A stretch of DNA of 64,000 nucleotides from Ectothiorhodospiraceae bacterium (GTDB lineage Bacteria > Pseudomonadota > Gammaproteobacteria > Nitrococcales > Aquisalimonadaceae), in NCBI GenBank assembly GCA_003565775.1, contig PXAT01000060.1, forward strand, positions 14,222-78,221, given 5' to 3'. Within the stretch, counting starts at the first letter, position 1. Every line of letters begins with the position of its first letter. Shown here piece by piece: positions 62,701 to 64,000 of this stretch. The position numbers and the translations under genes were made by a program. The notes beneath the pieces are model-generated. The model was not told the origin of the DNA. It did no database searches and saw only the letters and a program-made list of their open reading frames with translations.

Positions 62701-62896
62701 CACGCCACTCCACCTGTACGGTGACGAAATCCAGTTCGAAGGTGGGAAAGAACTGCGTGTTGAGCTGCTGCAGGGACCACAGCCCGGAAACCATCATCAG
62801 CAGCATGATCAGATTTGCCGCCACCGGATGGCGGGCAACCCAGGCCAGCCAGGAACCTTCCGCGGTGGCGCTCATGCCGGGCTCACTGCTCGACAA
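59765..62896 (-). CDS. RND efflux pump inner-membrane permease (AcrB/HAE family)
   Basis: 1043 aa with two large periplasmic loops and 12 TM helices. Its start overlaps the adaptor gene stop. Confidence 0.9.
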   Translation of the reverse strand: MSSSEPGMSATAEGSWLAWVARHPVAANLIMLLMMVSGLWSLQQLNTQFFPTFELDFVTVQVEWRGATAEEVVDAVTSPLEEELRGLDGLRELTSTSADGSATIVLEFREGTDITEATEQVKDRVAGVRGLPEESREPTIQRVLRYDTVARVLISGELSTREVRELARWLEEELLEQGATRVELKGLAEQEISIEVDQQRLNDLGLTFADLATRVDTQSRDTPGGEAGEWDVARQLRGVDQARSAQAFENLPIFLDGGRSVPLGTLATVLQQARDREVQLRTAQGDAVELVVERAEQEDSLAAARLLDGFLQQRVPTLPEGVNIEVFDEFWQFISERIALLLKNGAGGLLLVIGILLAFLSARMAFWVTLGIPTSFLAALTVLFFTGGSINMMSLFAFIMALGIIVDNAVVVGENAYSRFQNGEGAAEAAVNGARRMFAPVMAASLTTIAAFLPLMIIGGPIGNILFDIPLVVVCVIVAAIVQAFFILPGHLRRSFERAERSSPNRYRQKADAVFNRFRDGPFCRSVRLAIHNPWATMAVPVALLIVAVALVASGRLAFTFFPSVEGETLYANVSFAPGTPRERVEAYLEQLEETLVATDEALGGDILLTRVGRTGSTVSTDPADTRLGENYGGIFIQLSPPDQRDVRNRSFIRAVEENAPQAPGLESLVVRERGQGPPGADIDVRITGAQPEQLKAASMEVQADLRQRPGVSGVTDDLPYGPEQWIYRLNDQGHALGLSSADLGNQLRQAYSGALAQIFQQGRDEVEVWVRMAREQRHQLASLEDFRVRTPDGQLVPLGNVADVETRRSFASLRHHEGRLAVRPTADVDSQVTNANRIIADLEENLLPELRERYGVQTAFGGQAADQEETLADMRVGLMLALALIYLILAFVFSSYGWPLLVMAVIPFGIVGAFFGHYLFGLDLTILSLFGLFGLSGIVVNNSIILVTFYREIRDQNPDSPVEEALMEASRLRLRPVLVTTLTTIGGLTPLLFETSVQAQFLIPMAISIAFGLAMASLIVLFLVPAMLAVYENVARRLASSD

Positions 62897-64000
62897 CCCG
62901 GACCCGCAGTCCGTGCATGGCCTGAGGGATCTGGGTTTTCACCACCTGATCTCCGGAGGCCAGGGCTTCCGCGCGCACCAGCACGCCGCGCTCCCCGTTG
63001 GCCCGGTAGGCCTGCCCCAGCCGCTCCACGGCCACGACCTCCATCCGGTCGTCCACGACCCGATAAACACGCCCGGCGTCATACAACGCCTCGTAGGGCA
63101 GCACGATGCTGTCCGGTTCGGCCGGCAGCAGGACTTCCAGGCTGGCGAACCGCCCCAGCACCAGATCCTCTCCCCCCGCGGTAACCCGGAAAAGCGCATC
63201 GACTCCACCCTGACCGCGTCCGGCCTGTCCCGCGAAACGGGACAAATCCAGCGCGACCGGCTGTTCATCCACCGTTCCCCGCACCTCAACGCCGTCGCCA
63301 GCCATGGCGAGGCGCAACGGCACCAATCCGTGGCCCGGCACCGTGGCGCGGATCTCCAGCGCATTGATGTCGTAGAGGCGTACCAGTGGTTCACCCGGGC
63401 CGACCCGGTCACCGGGCGCTACCAGCACCTCGGCGATCCGGGCCTCGAAAGGAGACTCCACCGCGATGCGCGTCAGATCCAGCGCGGCACGGTCGCGCAG
63501 GGCTCGGCTCCGTTCGAGACGCGAATCCAGCTGCTCCAGTCGCTGCTCCGCCGTATCCACTGAAAAGCGTCTCTCGGCCAGCGCCTGGCGCTGACGGGTC
63601 TGTTCCTGCTGCGCCCGATCAAGATCCGACGGCGAGGCAAACTGCTCCCGGGAAAGGTCCTGCAGCCGCGCCACCTCCCGGTTGAGCAGCTCCAGGAGTT
63701 CCTGTTCGCGAGTGACTTCTTCCCGGTCCAGCCGGATACGACGCTCCTCCACCTCGCGCTGGGAGCGTAAATCGACCAGGTCGGCTTCGCGTTCGTCCAG
63801 AGTCAGGCGCAACTCCCTGTCATCCAGCCGCACCAGTTCGCGTGCGGCAGGCGCCGTGTCGCCCTCGCGGGCGGGCACGGCAGCGACATCGGCCGTCACG
63901 GCGGCACTCAGCGTGGCAACCCGCGGTGATTCCACGTACCCCTGCAGTCGCAGCAGGGGGCGGTGAGCGGCCACGGTCACCTCGGTGGTGGTCACCGGCC
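62883..64000 (-). CDS. RND efflux periplasmic adaptor (MFP/HlyD family), 5' end probably beyond right edge
   Basis: A coiled-coil hairpin (..REQELLELLNREVARLQDL..RQRQALAERR..) flanked by beta-barrel segments. The track start at 63995 is a GTG, and no signal or TM segment is present, so the N-terminus is likely outside the window. Confidence 0.8.
   Translation of the reverse strand, partial: PVTTTEVTVAAHRPLLRLQGYVESPRVATLSAAVTADVAAVPAREGDTAPAARELVRLDDRELRLTLDEREADLVDLRSQREVEERRIRLDREEVTREQELLELLNREVARLQDLSREQFASPSDLDRAQQEQTRQRQALAERRFSVDTAEQRLEQLDSRLERSRALRDRAALDLTRIAVESPFEARIAEVLVAPGDRVGPGEPLVRLYDINALEIRATVPGHGLVPLRLAMAGDGVEVRGTVDEQPVALDLSRFAGQAGRGQGGVDALFRVTAGGEDLVLGRFASLEVLLPAEPDSIVLPYEALYDAGRVYRVVDDRMEVVAVERLGQAYRANGERGVLVRAEALASGDQVVKTQIPQAMHGLRVRVVEQ

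Noticed and set aside
60446-63184. 912-aa plus-strand ORF
   Set aside because: It is antisense to the RND permease and adaptor genes, has an Arg/Gly/Pro-rich product, and has no recognisable domain. It is a GC artefact.

Overview
Visibly GC-rich, densely coding chromosomal DNA of gammaproteobacterial type. Local synteny resembles E. coli (tRNA Leu-Cys-Gly/pgsA/uvrC; recN/bamE/rnfH/ratA/smpB/ssrA). I saw no rRNA, CRISPR array, transposase, integrase or phage gene. All functional calls are by-eye motif recognition and need database confirmation.

1-23.7 kb looks accessory: a sigma54-controlled methylated-amine/C1 catabolic supercluster. It holds sarcosine oxidase soxB-soxD-soxA (soxA runs off the left edge and is absent from the ORF track), two paralogous AcoR-type enhancer-binding proteins, a monocistronic GcvT-family aminomethyltransferase and two output-less multi-PAS proteins. 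It also holds an XRE-cupin regulator, a hypothetical/micro-ORF/UspA/transporter operon and a TorF-type porin. Its largest unit is a six-gene operon: FNR-like reductase, trimethylamine/dimethylamine-dehydrogenase-family flavoprotein, DgcB-like membrane Fe-S oxidoreductase, LRV/HEAT-like repeat protein, EtfB, EtfA. I found four -24/-12 promoter candidates and candidate upstream activator palindromes.

23.7-31.7 kb holds a PilZ protein and a tightly coupled five-gene operon: NSS transporter, DUF192, CopA, thioredoxin-CcdA fusion, S2P-CBS protease.

31.9-64 kb is housekeeping: methyltransferase, three tRNAs, pgsA, uvrC, UDG, MFS, fumC, purB, roxA-like, GNAT, glcB, dapB-dnaJ-dnaK-grpE-hrcA (CIRCE plus sigma32-like promoters), recN, fur, bamE, rnfH-ratA, a degenerate NSS-like protein, smpB, ssrA, and RND efflux genes running off the right edge.

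A short intergenic repeat family occurs four times (23.6, 37.5, 38.6, 47.5 kb); one copy has 33-bp terminal inverted repeats. Most long track ORFs antisense to these genes are GC-driven artefacts. The best candidate for something undescribed is the TMADH-family/ETF/Fe-S operon with its embedded repeat protein, together with the PAS-only proteins and paired enhancer-binding proteins.
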